In this document: one piece after another, positions 39,636-54,279 of the stretch | Numbering within the stretch: the stretch's first letter is position 1 | Layout: every line of letters begins with the position of its first letter | From: Trichinella spiralis | Lineage: Eukaryota | NCBI RefSeq assembly: GCF_000181795.1 | Contig: NW_003526943.1 | Coordinates: 3,871,228 to 3,935,227 of the forward strand | Length of the DNA stretch: 64,000 nucleotides | Direction: 5' to 3' | Made by a program: the position numbers and the translations under genes | The notes under the pieces: generated by a model | Database searches by the model: none | The model's input: only the letters and a program-made list of their open reading frames with translations | Told to the model about the DNA's origin: nothing

Positions 39636-42600
39636 TCATAGCATAGTATCCTCAAATTTGTTCAGATCGTCATGCAGTAATTTGTTTTTCTTTCCAGTGG
39701 GCAACAGTGGTTCGCTCTGCTCGGCCATTGAAGATTGATAAGCTTCATCTTGCAACTGTTTCGCTTTGGGATACTTTTTTGAATATTGTTCAGCATTTGC
39801 TGACAGAAATTTCCACGAATTTTGCACCGCTGTCTCGTCCGCGACCGTAACGTTACTTTGCAGTGGAGCCGACGATTTTCGATCCGAATCCGCGTTCAAG
39901 GTGCCAATCAAGCATCGTTCCTGACTTTCACTTTTTCCTACTGTTATTTTTCGCGTGAAATAAATCGGCAGTTGGCTGATTCGTTTCAGCTTTGCTCGAA
40001 TTTCGTTCCGCTCTTGTCGCTTTTCCGTGCTAAAAACTTCCGTTTCACTGCGGTCTCTTAAACGTTTCGACGACAAATTTGCTGCGGTTTTTCGACGAAC
40101 ATTGCTCAAATCTACACTAAAGCCTTTCAATAGTCGTCGTTCGGCCATTGCATTTCGACGTTTGTTCAACACTAAATTTGTTTAATTCAACATCAAAAAC
40201 AATATCAATTCATCAAATAGGTAAGTAAATCTATCACGCTGTTTTATTTAAGTACACTTACCACTTCGTCGACTACTGTTCGCTTGACCAGTATTGAAGC
40301 CTGCTTGACCAAGTATAGACAGCAGTTCGTATCTAAATGAAGATATATCTTGCTTCAGTTCATTGATATCTTCTTCTGTAACTGTTTCCGCTTTCTGTTT
40401 GTTGTGTTGAACTTGTGATATGTAACGTTTTACCAAATTTCGCATCACAAACTGAAACCAACAACTATTTTCCCATAATATGAAGTAATGGTCAATATTT
40501 TGCAAGTGATATTACCTGATAATTATTCTCTGTTTGACTGACAGTCTTCAGTATTTTTTGCAGCTAAAATTGGCTGCCATTTTAACAACAGCTTATTAAA
40601 TTAAAATTTGATTTCACACAAAATTTAAATAAATACTACGGTAAAATGTATTTTTCAGATTAATATCAGTCAAATGAAATTCAACCCCTGCATTTATTGA
40701 CTTGATCACTTTTACTTACTCTCATACTTTTCTTAGCGGATCTGTACTTCTTTAATGAATACTGGCGACAGCAGAGCTCTTTCAACCATTGAAATACATA
40801 ATAAATGGCTTTTGGAGATGGAATAATATTAAAAGGTGGAGGCAGAGTGGCTGACTCTTCAAAGTATTCAATCCATAATCGACTTCGGGCAAATTTCCAT
40901 TCAGTATCAGCTTGATTCTAAAATCAAGCACAAGTTTGCGAAGTGAGATTTAACACAAAGTAGCTGTTCTCTTTTTTTCGTTCATAAAGATCACTTACGG
41001 ATATATATTGGTAAGAATTGCTCATCATAGCAATGAGCATATTTAGCAATACAATGATGGAAATGACGCCATACGTGCCAAACATAGTTTTACCTGTCCA
41101 TTCTGTGACAGCGTGATTTTCTTTCAAGCGAAAATTTTCCAAATCAATCATACCAAAAATAGACCAGAACAATGTTTCCAAGCTAACAAATAAGCTGAAA
41201 AACAGAAAAAATGCCTAGCTTAATTATTCAATAAAAACAAACAATAAGGCGTACTCAGAAAATGAAGAAAATTTTGGATTGCAACTGGTCTTGTAATCTT
41301 CACGCATTTCTTGACTGAGCAATATTTCGTCGGATTGGTCGCATTCATTTCTGCGCATCGATGCATAATACCAGAATAGCTGATTTAGTCCGCATGCGAA
41401 TGCAAACAAAACCAACGAATATACAAAAAAGAATTTTATAATATCAATGACCATTCTTCCTAAATTAAAGTCAATATCACAGATACGCACAATTGATAGA
41501 ATAAAGAAAAAATTGTAATAATTTACCAAGAGAAATTTGAAGTGGACCCAAATGTGGATTAACAGTAAATAGATGTACCATCTTTAGCGAAGAAAGTATA
41601 TTGGCAGTTGCGAAGACGCATTCTGAAATCAATGTAGGATCCCAAGCATTCCAATACCTGCGTGGCAATAGACGACCTAGGTGGGCAGTTTCTGGATTTT
41701 TCAATTCATTTTCCACCTAAATCATGGTGGGACATATAATTTTTAACAGTTTTTCAAAACAAAACTTACACCAATATAAGCAATAATTCGAAGCGTGATT
41801 GTAGAAATGTACAGCGAATTGGTGATAAAGTCAAGTATATTCCACATATTTTTCACATAGTCCGTCAAGCCGACATCCCAGAGTTGTTTGATTTCGACCC
41901 AAATTAGCCCGACAACCCAAGCTACAATGGCGCATTCTATGACACTCGGAGCCGGACCTCGTTTCTCCTTTCGATCCGGATCTTCTCCGGATTCATCTTT
42001 CACACTGCCAGTTTGAGTAGACCAAGCGGAAAGCAGATCATAGTTGATCCTCTGACTGGCCAATATCAGCAAAACTAAACACAGACAAACAAAACCCAAA
42101 CAAGAAAAGTTGATGCCCAAAATAATAATACAGTATACGATACAAATAAAAGTGCAATACGATGCTCCGTGACAGAGAAATTTGATAAACGGCTTTCGAA
42201 CAAACTGACCAATGCTTGATTTTGGCGCCAATAAGTAAGTCACTGATAAAATTGGAAAACCAATCGAAACGCTCAATATTAAAAGCAACTGAAACGAATA
42301 TGATTTTTCTTTTCATTTAAAATCAGCCAACGGAGTTAGTTGTTGAAATACTTTAAAAATGATGTGCCTTCTACGATAGCCTGGCAAACCTTCATACCAA
42401 ATCGACGCGAGCAGTTGCTGGCAATTTGGGTGAGCTACAAACTAAATTATAACAATATTATTAACTTTTGTATTCAAATTTAGATGTATAATTTTAATTG
42501 AAATTTATTCATCTTCCTACTTTCTTTTGACGAAATTGAATGGCCAGTTTAAGTCGGGATAATTCCATTCGTTTTCCAATATTTCGTTGCACCGGCCAAC

Positions 42601-43937
42601 GGTCCGAAGAATCATAATTGAGAATAGTCGCCAGCTCGTTCGAACTGCGCGTCTGGTCAAGTAAATCGGCAGCAAATTTTTGGCACTTTTGACTGAGCTC
42701 CTTTAAAATAAGAAATACATTCGAAATTTGAATATTTTTTTTACAAAAATATTTCCCACCAAGTAGTCAAGTTTGAACTGGTGTTCAATTGTTGACAAGC
42801 GACGCAATTCCCAACTTAATTCAAAAGAATAAAGAATGGGATCTCTTGCTGAAAGGCAAATCAAAGACGGAGACGTCAGTGCTCTGTATGCGTTAATTCT
42901 GGACTGTGTTAGTTGTAAAGAATCTTCATTATTTGCCTAAAAAACAGTTAATTAATCAACGAGAATTTGCAATGCATGACTATTCATGGAGGTTATTTTA
43001 AATTTTGTAAAAACAATAAAATTTAATATTTGATTACAAGTTTACCTCAACACAGTCTTTACACGAACAGTGTACATCATGAGGATGGGGAATGGATGCT
43101 CCGCGATCAAGGAACAACTTTATAATTTCATAATTGTCTCTGTGAGCAGCAAGAATAAGGGGGTTGATATCCGGTGAAAATGCTGAATACTCGTTGATTT
43201 CCACGCCTTGTGTCTAAAATACACCTATAAATAAGTTTTCCACTATTTACTGAAAACGTACGCTTATTTATGCCCATTATCATGGATCAACTTGAAAGCT
43301 TTTAAACGTGTGCTTGCGTGCAGAAAAGAATGACGTCGCTTGAATATTGTAACATTAATCAGCAAATAAATTTTTTTCTGTTTAGCAATATTGCTTTTAG
43401 CTTTAGTTTTAAACTATTATTTATTTATTTATTTTCTTTATTATCTAAACTATTTAAACAACAAAGAAAAATATCCACCTGATGTAAGGTAATTAATTAT
43501 ATTTGAAAAAAAGGAAATTTATTTCAATTATTACAACTTTAGAGTAAAAACAACATGCATACTTCGATATTGAATTTGTCTAATTTTTCCAGATGGTTTA
43601 CAATAATTTCCACTGCTTCAACATTTTCCTCATTTATTGCGTACAATAAGCAGTCACCGGTTTCCACATTCGCTTCGAGCAGAACTTCGATCATTTCAAT
43701 ATTTTCATTTTCAATCGCAATACGTAGGCTGGTTCTGCCAAGCGGATCTACACAGCTGGGATCGAAGTCGGATGCTGGATCTGCACTTGAGCCGGCCAAT
43801 GACAGAAATTCCCTAACTGTGGCTACGTCACCACGTTCACATGCCAATAAATATTGCTTTTCCATCAGCGATAATTCACGGTCACGATTCTTAGCATGTT
43901 TCCGTTCTGTTCCGTTTTCCATCTTATTATCTTTACC
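39636..43937 (-). CDS. trp-2: Canonical TRP (TRPC) cation channel, TRP-2/TRP-gamma-like, multi-exon
   Basis: Ankyrin repeats ([18 protein letters not shown]); [14 protein letters not shown]; pore [27 protein letters not shown] box EWKFAR..LPPPFN. The 5' end may include further upstream exons. Confidence 0.93.
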
Positions 43938-46900
43938 TAAAAGAAAATGAAAAAACAAAACCAATAGATAAAAAATTTTCATTTTTTCTTCACAAATGAA
44001 TAATCAGCAGCTTTTTATAAAAAGAAGAAATTATGCATGTATGCCTACAATTAAATGAACATATTTCTAATAAGTACAGGACGTATTGTTAATCAAAGAT
44101 GAATTTTTAATTTTAAATAATTTCGAAATCTACGCATGTCACGGTTGAGGAAAATCAGATTGATGCTTCAAGTCAAGGAAGAAAATTTGGTCTAGGCAAA
44201 GAGCACTGCTTTGAAGGATGACGAACAAATTCAAACAAGCCAACGAATGGCTTTTAAGCTGTGAAGCCGTCGAGCAATTAAGCGCGCCAACCGGATGAAC
44301 ATATGCCTGCCAGCCAACACAAGGGGGGGGGGGAGAAGTTTGGGATTCTCGTAATTAAAAGTTCTGCAAATTGAAAGATATTAGAACCAACCAATTTTAC
44401 CCAACCACGGCTGTTCTCATATATAGATAATTACTTTTCATTCACTTTCATATCACTGAGAAACAAAAGAAAATAATTATAAAAATATTTACAATTTTTT
44501 TTGTTATAATTTGTATGAAAAATTGTAAATTCTACTTCAACTCAATCTTGTTACTTGAATTATTAATTTTTAATATAAATCAGTTGTAAATCACAAATAT
44601 AATTTATTGCTGAAATTAGCAAAATTTTAAACTAGCAGTTTAAAAGCTTAGAATAATTCTTAATCTAGTTGTATGAAGTTAAAAATAATTTTTAAAGAAT
44701 ACGAATTGAAAAGCATACTTTAAAGAGCTCTTGAAAATGAATACACCGATAAATTGGCAAATAATCTATTCAAAGTAGAAAACTAGATAAAAATAAATAA
44801 GTTTATCAGGAATTTGATGGAAAATATTTATAAGTAAAATATGTTCGAAATGGCAACGAAAATTTTTCTGCTTTGTCACATTGGTCGAATGGAATCTTTC
44901 CACACAACAACAGACAAGAAATAACGTTACATCAAAAGGGAAAATTGTTTGTTTATTAAAACTGAAAGTTGTTGAATAATTAATTAAACATAAAAAATAT
45001 TTTTCTTCGTAATTTCAGTAGCTTTTTATAATGCGTGATAAGAAGAACTCAGAAATAATCATTCAATATAATGAAGCGCAACTCACAGCAAAGGTATTTG
45101 TTAATACGTTCATATGTACACCATGTATACAGAGGAAAACTTTTTTGCATGCTTTAAATTAATAAAAATATTTTTAAAAATGAATAAAACAACAGTAAAA
45201 AATAAAAATAAAGCAAAACACGCAGTAGATGAGGAAGTTGGATTTGACGAGTTTGCCGTAATTTGAAAACAATAAGTATGCAACATTCGAATGTGCATTT
45301 TCAACAATTAAAAAACATTTTACATTTTAAAATTTTCAATAAAACAACACTTGAAACAAATTTATTTCAAATTTGTAAAAGCATATTTCACTTTTTACTG
45401 CTTGGCATTCAGTCTAGGTACGTTTGAAACATTTGCAAGTTGTTACGGTTCAACATTTTTGCGCAGAATTTTAGTTCTACATTGAAGATGTGAAACGTGA
45501 AATGTAAAACAGCAAAATTAAACAATGAAAGAGCAGTATTTTATATGTATCATAAATTTCAATTTAAATAATTTCATTCAAAAAAGCTTTAAGCTTATTC
45601 TAAAATGTAAAAGAGAAACCATGTAATAATTCTAGCACTTACTTTGAAGCTTAAACAAAAAATAGAAAAACTGAAAATAAGCTGTCCGTAAAAATTCAAG
45701 TAAAAACATCAGAATATAAATAACGATGTAGTGGAATTATAATTATTCATATTTAACAAAAACTTACTTTAATAATGCAGAGTAAGAGAAAAAAGGTAGT
45801 CAGAAAAGCGAACAAGTCGACTTTCGCCTGAACATAATATTTGCTTGCATATTACTTTATCCGCTTGATTAATGTTGAAAACCATTTAAAAGTGTCGCGT
45901 TGCTTCGTTTGATTTTTTACATTTCTGCAATTTTGGTAGTTCATGGGCTTTAGGAATAAAAGAAATAATTGACTGGCTATGCCAATTTTGAGCTTGGTCT
46001 CATCAATGCTACAGAAGTCTCTATTCGGTTTTTTTCCAATTTTATAAAGTTAATCAACTTTAAATAAATTTCGCTTTCCCACATTCACGTTGGTGGAAAA
46101 AATAGATTCTTACAAATTTTCAACTTTACTGTTGCTGCTTTCTCAGCATGTCGAAAGCAAGACTCCTGAATCGAGAGGTACAATTCGACCTCGTCTTGTG
46201 GTTCTAATCGAATCCAACTATGATTGCCAAGTACGATTGATTTGTTAAACGTTATGCATGGGCTAACAATGCACTTAATTGATGCACGCATCCGTTTTTG
46301 ACCCATTCACCATGCATGGATAATGCGTGAAACGGCCAGAATCCAATAAGCGACTGAAGACGGCCGCCGAATTGCAGACTGAGGATGGAAATTTATTATT
46401 ATTTTTTATGCACCAGTATTAAATGCAGAAATTACGGCTGCTTATTTATCATGCTTAGGTCATTTGATTTGGACTTGAGTGGATAAAAGAGGGCGTGTCA
46501 GTCGATCTAATCATGTTGACCGCACGTCTGACCAGCATTCGATTGCGCAATGCTAATTTGACAAGCATTTTCAATGCTTTAATTATGCGAAATGACCAAG
46601 TTTATTGGTCATCAGTTGGAATAGTTTCTTGTCATCTGGTATCACTGAGTATCGTCAAATTGGTGACTTTCAGACGATGGGAAAAGTGTGATTCAGAGAA
46701 AAAGTTTTACTTGTTCATAAAAGGAATTCAGCCAATTTTTTATTAACAAGTTCGAATGTAGAATTTGTCATCAAGTTATCGTAAATCTTCATTGGCAATT
46801 TTTCAAAGCAAGCTTCATTGTGAGAAGTCATAAAGCTTGTTGCCCGATGCATGTGATAATTATTTGATCAGCTTTGAGAAAGGCAAATAGTGTTGCATCA

Positions 46901-49900
46901 TTGAATAGAAATCCCATGGTATTGTCCACGTAGCAGTCAACTATAAAATCATTAAAGTAAAAATGGATTTTAGTTACGCCACGAAAATTTTCAACACATT
47001 TTCATCAGCAGTTTTTGCTTAATGCATTTAAGCTAGGCTTGTTGTTAAACAAATAAACACGAGTAATTTTTACGATTGAACGTGAAGCTTGAACAAGTTG
47101 ATACTTGTGCTTACCCAGTCTTATCTCATAATATGTGTCTCATTTCAAGTGCAACTTGTTAAGTAGAAAATTTGATAAACTACTTTTAATTTATGGTACA
47201 AATAGCCCGTTATAGCTGCTAAAATATTGTTCATCAAACTATTGAAAATGAAAGTACTTCTTTTAAATTAATTTCTGTTTCCAGTGATGCAAAAAATTAA
47301 TTTGAAACATTTTCCTTATTTTCATCATTTCTCAATTTGACTTTAATGCTTAAAGAGCCCATTAGTAATTGAAATACATCATTTGTTTATTTTTATAATT
47401 TATTTTCCTGTCACTGAAGAGCTCTTTATCAGTGGACTGTTAATTCTGCATATTAATTTCAAATTACAACATTATATTAATCATTTATCATATTTAATGT
47501 ATATTCACATACATTTTACTTGATTATAGCAGCATTTTCATCAAGTTTATGTCTATATGTTGTTGTTGAGCAAAAAATTTTAATTATGTTATCTTTTAAG
47601 AAGAGCAATCTAATTCCGGACATGTTGCAGAAATTTTACATTTAGAATCTTTACTTGGTGTTGCTATAGATAATGCTGAGTTATCTGGTACTTTAGAAGG
47701 AGTGTTTGTTCATTTGAAAGATATTTTAAATGCAAGTGCAGATGTTGCACAGTGTTTAATTCACTTGAAGTATTGTATAACTGTAATGAAAAATGCGATT
47801 ATTACTTATAAAACGATAAGCAGCAAATTCTAGAATTCGCTACTGCATGTGCAACAGTTATTCGATTCAATTCGAACTTGATCATATTTGCATATGAAAA
47901 GATGCCATTTGATTATACCGATGCTAGTTTCTGCATTTCTGTTTCATTATGAATATTTTGAAATGCAAATTCTTTCATTTTAATTTTTATTAACTCTATA
48001 TTATTAGAATGGTAAAAGGTGAAACCATTTTGCAGCAAGTTTATTAAGTCTCAGCTTGTAAGACAGACAAACTCGTTAAGTCAAGTTTTAAAATAGTGAA
48101 ATATTTCTACAACTTTAGCAATTTTATTTTTTTACAAATAAATGAATGGCATTTGTCATAATTTGATGAAAATGTCGACAATTTTGACAGCACCTGCTGC
48201 ACCTGTGCTTCAAAAGCTTCAATTTTGTCTGTCATTTGTGGAGCTGCCTCAAAAATCTATTCTTCTTCAGAAAACAACTTCCGCTTGAAATCATACAAAG
48301 CTGACGACATCACTTTGTTAGCTTTACATACAATATGTCCTTTTTTCTTAAAAATTAATGTTCTGCTATTGTAAGAGTTTAATTAAATTTAATTTCAAAG
48401 CAATAAATATATCCTTTTCATACATTTTCATAAAATGTATCATTCATATTGCTTGTAATAGTGCATTATCTATTTCTGAATAATGATTCATTTTTAATGT
48501 GGTGATGAATTATTTATTAGTAAAAGAAATATTGAATTTGAATAAAATTATAAAAATAATTTGCACCTGGTGTCACATTTTATACTTTTTTCAATTAAAG
48601 AGCATCCACAAAGTGACAATGAATAAAAACATGATTATTTCAAATTTTGTAACTTGTTATATATTAACATTGGACATTTTGAAATAAGTATGCTATGAAA
48701 ATATAATTCACTCTTGATTTTAACTTTAAAATTACTTGATTTTACAATCTCACAAAATTTGGACAATTTTGATTTCATATAAATAAAAGAGCACAAATTA
48801 AACAGATCTCATTTCAATTTCATTTAATTAGCATATATTTATAACTGTGAAATGTTTTACATAATAAGAAAGGAGCAATTTAGATTGGAAATATTTTAAA
48901 ATCTTATCAAATGAGACATTGGAATTGTAAAAGTGATAAATTTTTTATTACTATTTAAAATTGCCAACTTGAGCACGATTGGTGATGAATTTTTGTGAAC
49001 AAGAAAAGCCAAATCGAGGTTAAGAACAACTTCAACGACAGCTGAACTTATCATCCCACGCAAAGCATTTTTGAAAAAGCAGATCCTCTTGAAAAGCTAC
49101 GGTACAGTGCAGCTTTTCTGTCTAGTGATGAATTTTAATTTGACCAATTCGAAACGCTTCAATAATCTCATTCACAATAGAGAATAGTTATTTTCTTGTT
49201 TTTTTTTAAAAAAAATACTGTCTCACTTTCACCTTCAAATAAATGAAACACGTGAATATTATTTTCTACTCTGTGCTCTGTGTCAAAAAAGACAACACTT
49301 CAGTAAGATTATTTATAATAAATTTTTAATTAATAACAAATTTACACTCTTCACGTGGTTTTTTACGCTTATAATTTTTTAAGTAGAAAGTTTAAGCTTT
49401 AATTTCAAAGGGGGAGGGGGTTGTAGTTGGAATTTCAAATCTTTTAAGCAACATTTTAAACAGTGCATAAAAAGTATGCGATAAATCTTTATTCCAATAA
49501 TTTTTTTATTAATTTTCCTCTTAATATATGAACACAATTTGTTGTCAAAAATGGATTTTCAAATGTGCAGTTTATTGCATCCATTTAGCATTTTTATTGC
49601 AACAATAAATCATCAACAACTGGTCGTTGGTCGAGAGAATAAGAAGAAATTATTAATTTTGTTTGCTTTTTTTGAAATAGTGCGTGAAATTACTTCGAAA
49701 TCGGTTAATTTATTCAAACATTTCAAAGAATGAAATAAATTAAAAAGTTTGTCAAAAACTTTATTCATTAACAATGACAATTCCATAATTTGTTGATAAA
49801 TTGATATAATTGAATATTTTTACAGAATATTCAAATCCAATTTAGGTAAACCTGTTGTTTTCGTAATTTTTAAATAATACAAAGCATCTCTTTATTTTGA

Positions 49901-52596
49901 AATTAAATTCACTTAGCTGGTCAAAAAGGAATAAAATGTTTTTTGATAATTCTCCACTTTAGCCAGATTAAAAGTTGTTTACTTAAAAAATATGCATTTA
50001 TGTGTTTTCCAATTTAAAAATAAAATTAAAATTTGTCTTTTTTGTCGGAAAATAATTTTATTTCCAGTTCTGATCTTCTTCTTCTTCTTCTTCACCTTCT
50101 GGCTAAAAATTATTGAATCATTTTTGATCATTTCAAATGATTTTTCTCTTTCCAGTTTACTGTCAAAATCAATTGAATTTCATTTAAATAATAAAGTATT
50201 TATTACATTGGCAGTTGAATTTAAAATTTTCTTTCAAAAATTCTTTCTCAATGAGAAAATTTACTAAATGTCTCCTTTGAAAGATGTTAATTGAGTTGAG
50301 CTTCATTCGAAAATTGTATTCTATAAATAATACGAAATTTATTCAGAGAACATTTTATTTGATTTAATATAGATAATTTCATCACAGAAAAATATTGAAA
50401 TTCTACATGAAAATTATTTCTTAAACAATACTTTTAATAAATTTATTATAAATTTTAAAATAATGTATATATGTATTTGAATAATACTAACAAACGGATT
50501 AATTTGCAATTGATAATCATGTACTAAAATTTGAAAATACTTGACTTTTTGGTAAAATTGAAAAGAAATTTTAAAAAATCGTTTGACATTTTTAATCATT
50601 TATTTTCTGCATCAGTATTATTTAAATAAATATCTACATATGAATACTCTGTTCCAGCAGTTTGTATAGTTTCATTTATTTTTGAAATCTGATCAAAATA
50701 TAAAAATTGGCACTGAAATTGAAATTATAAACGTTAAATATTTTTATGATTCATATGTTTGTTGAAATATAAAGTTGAAAACATTTACATGTCATTCAGA
50801 ATTTGAAGTAAATCTGGCTGGAATGTTTTGAAATGCACTGTATGCTTTTAATTTATGAAGTTCATCTAAACAAGGACATCTTGCAAGTATGCGTGTTGTA
50901 AATTCGATCGTTCTTCATTCTCTGTGGAATAGATTTGAAAATAGATAATGAAACTGCGCCCAAAAAAAACTTGCCATTCTGATGCAAACAAACAAATAGC
51001 AAATGCAAATTACAAAAATGCATTTGAAACGGGGTAAAAATGCAAATTGGAAAACGTATACCGGTGAAAGCAGTTGACAAGCGTCAGAACTTGTTGTCAA
51101 ATTATTCAAGAAAGCCCATTTGGACAAATATCGGCAGATTTTAATCTGATAACATGCTGCTGCAGCACCATTTCAGTCAGATGTTATGCAAGAATAAATC
51201 GACCGAATACTGTATGCAACCTGCATAATTGTCTGTGATTACAAAAAAATAAGGAAGAAAATCACTTTTCAATTTAATTGAAATATTTTTCACTTGTGTT
51301 CAAATTTCTCTTTTTTTTTCATTTCATACTTGACTTGAGTTGATTGAAACGCTTTATTTGGTTTACTTTGTCAAATTAAATAATCAATTTAATCAAATTA
51401 TTTCTATTAACACTGTAGAGAACTTATTTTGAAAAACAGAACATAATAAAAGCAAGTTTATATTTTATTAAATGATATTAATTCAATAAAAACTCTGAAT
51501 GAATTTATTTTTTGATTAAAATCTATACATTAATTTTTTAAAAAAAGTTTTTTTTTAATTGTAAATATTTGTTGTTTGAAAATTTACATTTTATCAAATG
51601 GGAAGGAAAATCATTTTTTTCAAAATAGTCCACAGCAGAACATACAGCATTGATAAATTGCTCAAATATTGTTGCAAAAAATATTTGTCACCAATCAATA
51701 TCAGCAAACATTAAAAAAATAATTAACTAAAATTGTTTTACATTATCGTTTTAGTTGAGTGTTGAAAAAATAATACAACAAAACTTTTAATTAAAATTTG
51801 TATTTTTTTGACGAACTTGTTCATCTTGGGGGTACTATACTATATGAAACTGTAACTAGAGGAGAAAGAAAAAAAAAGTTTTTTTTTTCTGAAATTTTTA
51901 TCAACTTCCCTTTCGTATGTTTGTTTGTTTGTTTGTTTGTTCCATTTCAAAATTAATTGTTTGTTTTTTGGAATTTGATGTTGTTTTTCTCAGTATAATT
52001 TTTGTTCCGGAAAGTGGATGAAAAATGAAAGTGTCGCGCACAGAAGTCATAGGCGAACGAACGGCCGGCACGATGACAGACATCTGTGCTAGATCAGTGT
52101 GATGAACACGTTTGCCAACAGTGCAGTAATAATAATAATTCGTTATCATTATTACTGTATACAGTAGGCGTGGTTCAGTGGAATGGTCGAAATTGTTTTG
52201 ACCAAAAAGAGCCAAAGTAGAAAGAAATGTTAATAATGATGATGGTTGTTATTTGTGAAAAAAATATTTCTCAAGTAAGATGAAAATAATAATTGGCCGC
52301 CCACGCATAAATTGACAGTTTACCGTAAAAAAGGGATACGATAGGTGAAATGTGAAAAAGAAGAACAAGAATAAGAAGAACAAGCGAAAAGGGGGGGGGG
52401 AACTAAGAGAAAGGCTTCAGGGGGAGAGAGAAGGGGAGAAAAAAAAATTTACACGCCCCGGGCATTGTTGGACGCGTTCAAGTCAAATCGGCCAACCGGT
52501 TTATAGGTTAAACAGTGAACGTTTGCGTCGAGAACAGTGAGAAGCACTTAGCCGGCCGGGCTCGCCTTTATGGTCCGCTTTGTAACCCGCCAGTAA

Positions 52597-54279
52597 ATGA
52601 AGAGCGCTTACAACGCGCCACGCCCGCCATGCTTGCCGTGGCTCCTGTGCTACTGTTTGCTTGTTGCCGCTTGGAATGTCGAAGCCAGACGCCGCAGTCG
52701 GTTGGAATCGATCGCAGCGGCCAACAATCCTGGCATCATCCTCCGCATCACCAACGACGGATTCATGTACCTGAAAGACACCATTGAGTCGGTGCTACGC
52801 CATCAGCTGAGCCGGGTGCGCATCGCCCACGTCCAAAACGGTACCTTCCTCAGGGTCCGTTTCGCCTTGCACGACTTCACCATTGTCCGGGTCTCACCGG
52901 CGGCGGTGGCCAATGTCGAGCTTCGTCCTCAGCTGACCAGACAGATTCGGCTTGTGGTCGACGATTTCGACTTTTCGTTCACAATTTCCGTCAGCACGTC
53001 GCTGAGAAACTGCCCCGTGGTGACGTTCCTGGTCCACCTGCTCCACTGCACCTTTTCGCAGAGTATCCAGCTCAAATTGTCCACGTCGAAGCAGATCCAA
53101 GTCACAGCCGACCAGTGTTCGTTTCGCTTTGCCACCAGTGACGTGGAAGTGGCCGAGTACGATTGCAAAAAAGGCCTGACCAACATCATCAGGAACATAT
53201 TCGCCAAACGACTCCACCAACTGATGCAGGAGAACTTCTGCCAACGACTCGCCTCGTTTACCGAGCAAACTTTGACTCGCGTAGTGCAAGATATCCCAGT
53301 CAAGCTTCCACTTTACAAGCAACAACCCCAAATTCGTCGTCCCGCATCCTTCAACAGAACATCCGCCACAACCGATATGAAACGTTCCAACAACGTCAAC
53401 AACAACAACAGTGTCAGTGTTGACGACATGACGGCTTTGTTACGGGATTTTTACGTCGATCTGGGTTTGACCAAAGTGCCGGCTGTGGTCAACGCTCCAC
53501 CGACGAAATATCTGATGATCGCCATGAAGGGTGAAATTGCCAAGCAAAATTCAGCCGAAGCGGCCCCGTTCCGTCCGAAACGAATCGGCAACACGCCCGG
53601 CAGACGTGGAGCCATGATGCATTTGATTTTCACCGACTTCCCGATCAACTCGATGCTCTACCACATGTATCGGGCCGGCATGCTCGACTACAAGCTGTCG
53701 TCGGAATCGTCGCCCAAAATGGCCAACTTCCTGCGCACCACCTGCGACGATTTGATGTGCGTCGGCTTCGGCATACCGGAACTGGAGATGCGCTTCCCGA
53801 ACCACGACGTCGAAGCCGACTTCCGTCTGCACAACCCACCGAGGGCGGTGTTCAGTTCCGACCAAGTGTCGGTTGAGTTCGACGGTCAGTTGGACTTGTA
53901 CGTCACCAGAGGTTTGTACAAGCAGCTGGTGTTCAGCTACGATATCAGCGCCGAAATCGACCCCCAGCTCAGTTTGGACAACGACGGCCAGTTGAGGGGT
54001 AAGGCACGCTTCAAGCGATTCGACATGAAGCCCAAACGCTCGCCAGGCCAACTGCAGCTGGTCAAGCTGCAAAACGAGATCATCGGTGACGTGCTCAAGT
54101 CGTTGGTCGAGGCGAAATTGAACGCCATATTGGAAAACGGCTTCGGCTTGCCCCAGTCCAAAGTGCTGAAGTTGGACAAAGCGGCCATGAATATGGAAAA
54201 AAATGCCCTCTGGCTCACGGCCGACTTGTCACTCGACGAGCACGAGTTGCAGCAACTAGCGGCAGACACGATCAAATAA
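52597..54279 (+). CDS. BPI/LBP/CETP (TULIP) family secreted lipid-binding protein, intronless, 560 aa
   Basis: Signal-like N-terminus; NPGIILRITNDGFMYL; FTDFPINSMLY; CVGFGIPELEMRFPN; LNAILENGFGLP. Confidence 0.88.
   Translation: MKSAYNAPRPPCLPWLLCYCLLVAAWNVEARRRSRLESIAAANNPGIILRITNDGFMYLKDTIESVLRHQLSRVRIAHVQNGTFLRVRFALHDFTIVRVSPAAVANVELRPQLTRQIRLVVDDFDFSFTISVSTSLRNCPVVTFLVHLLHCTFSQSIQLKLSTSKQIQVTADQCSFRFATSDVEVAEYDCKKGLTNIIRNIFAKRLHQLMQENFCQRLASFTEQTLTRVVQDIPVKLPLYKQQPQIRRPASFNRTSATTDMKRSNNVNNNNSVSVDDMTALLRDFYVDLGLTKVPAVVNAPPTKYLMIAMKGEIAKQNSAEAAPFRPKRIGNTPGRRGAMMHLIFTDFPINSMLYHMYRAGMLDYKLSSESSPKMANFLRTTCDDLMCVGFGIPELEMRFPNHDVEADFRLHNPPRAVFSSDQVSVEFDGQLDLYVTRGLYKQLVFSYDISAEIDPQLSLDNDGQLRGKARFKRFDMKPKRSPGQLQLVKLQNEIIGDVLKSLVEAKLNAILENGFGLPQSKVLKLDKAAMNMEKNALWLTADLSLDEHELQQLAADTIK

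Noticed and set aside
44000..52500. Short ORFs in the TRPC-BPI intergenic region
   Set aside because: AT-rich F/I/K/L-biased random ORFs, although small non-coding TRPC exons cannot be excluded.
52894..54275. Antisense ORFs within the BPI gene
   Set aside because: GC3-driven shadow ORFs.
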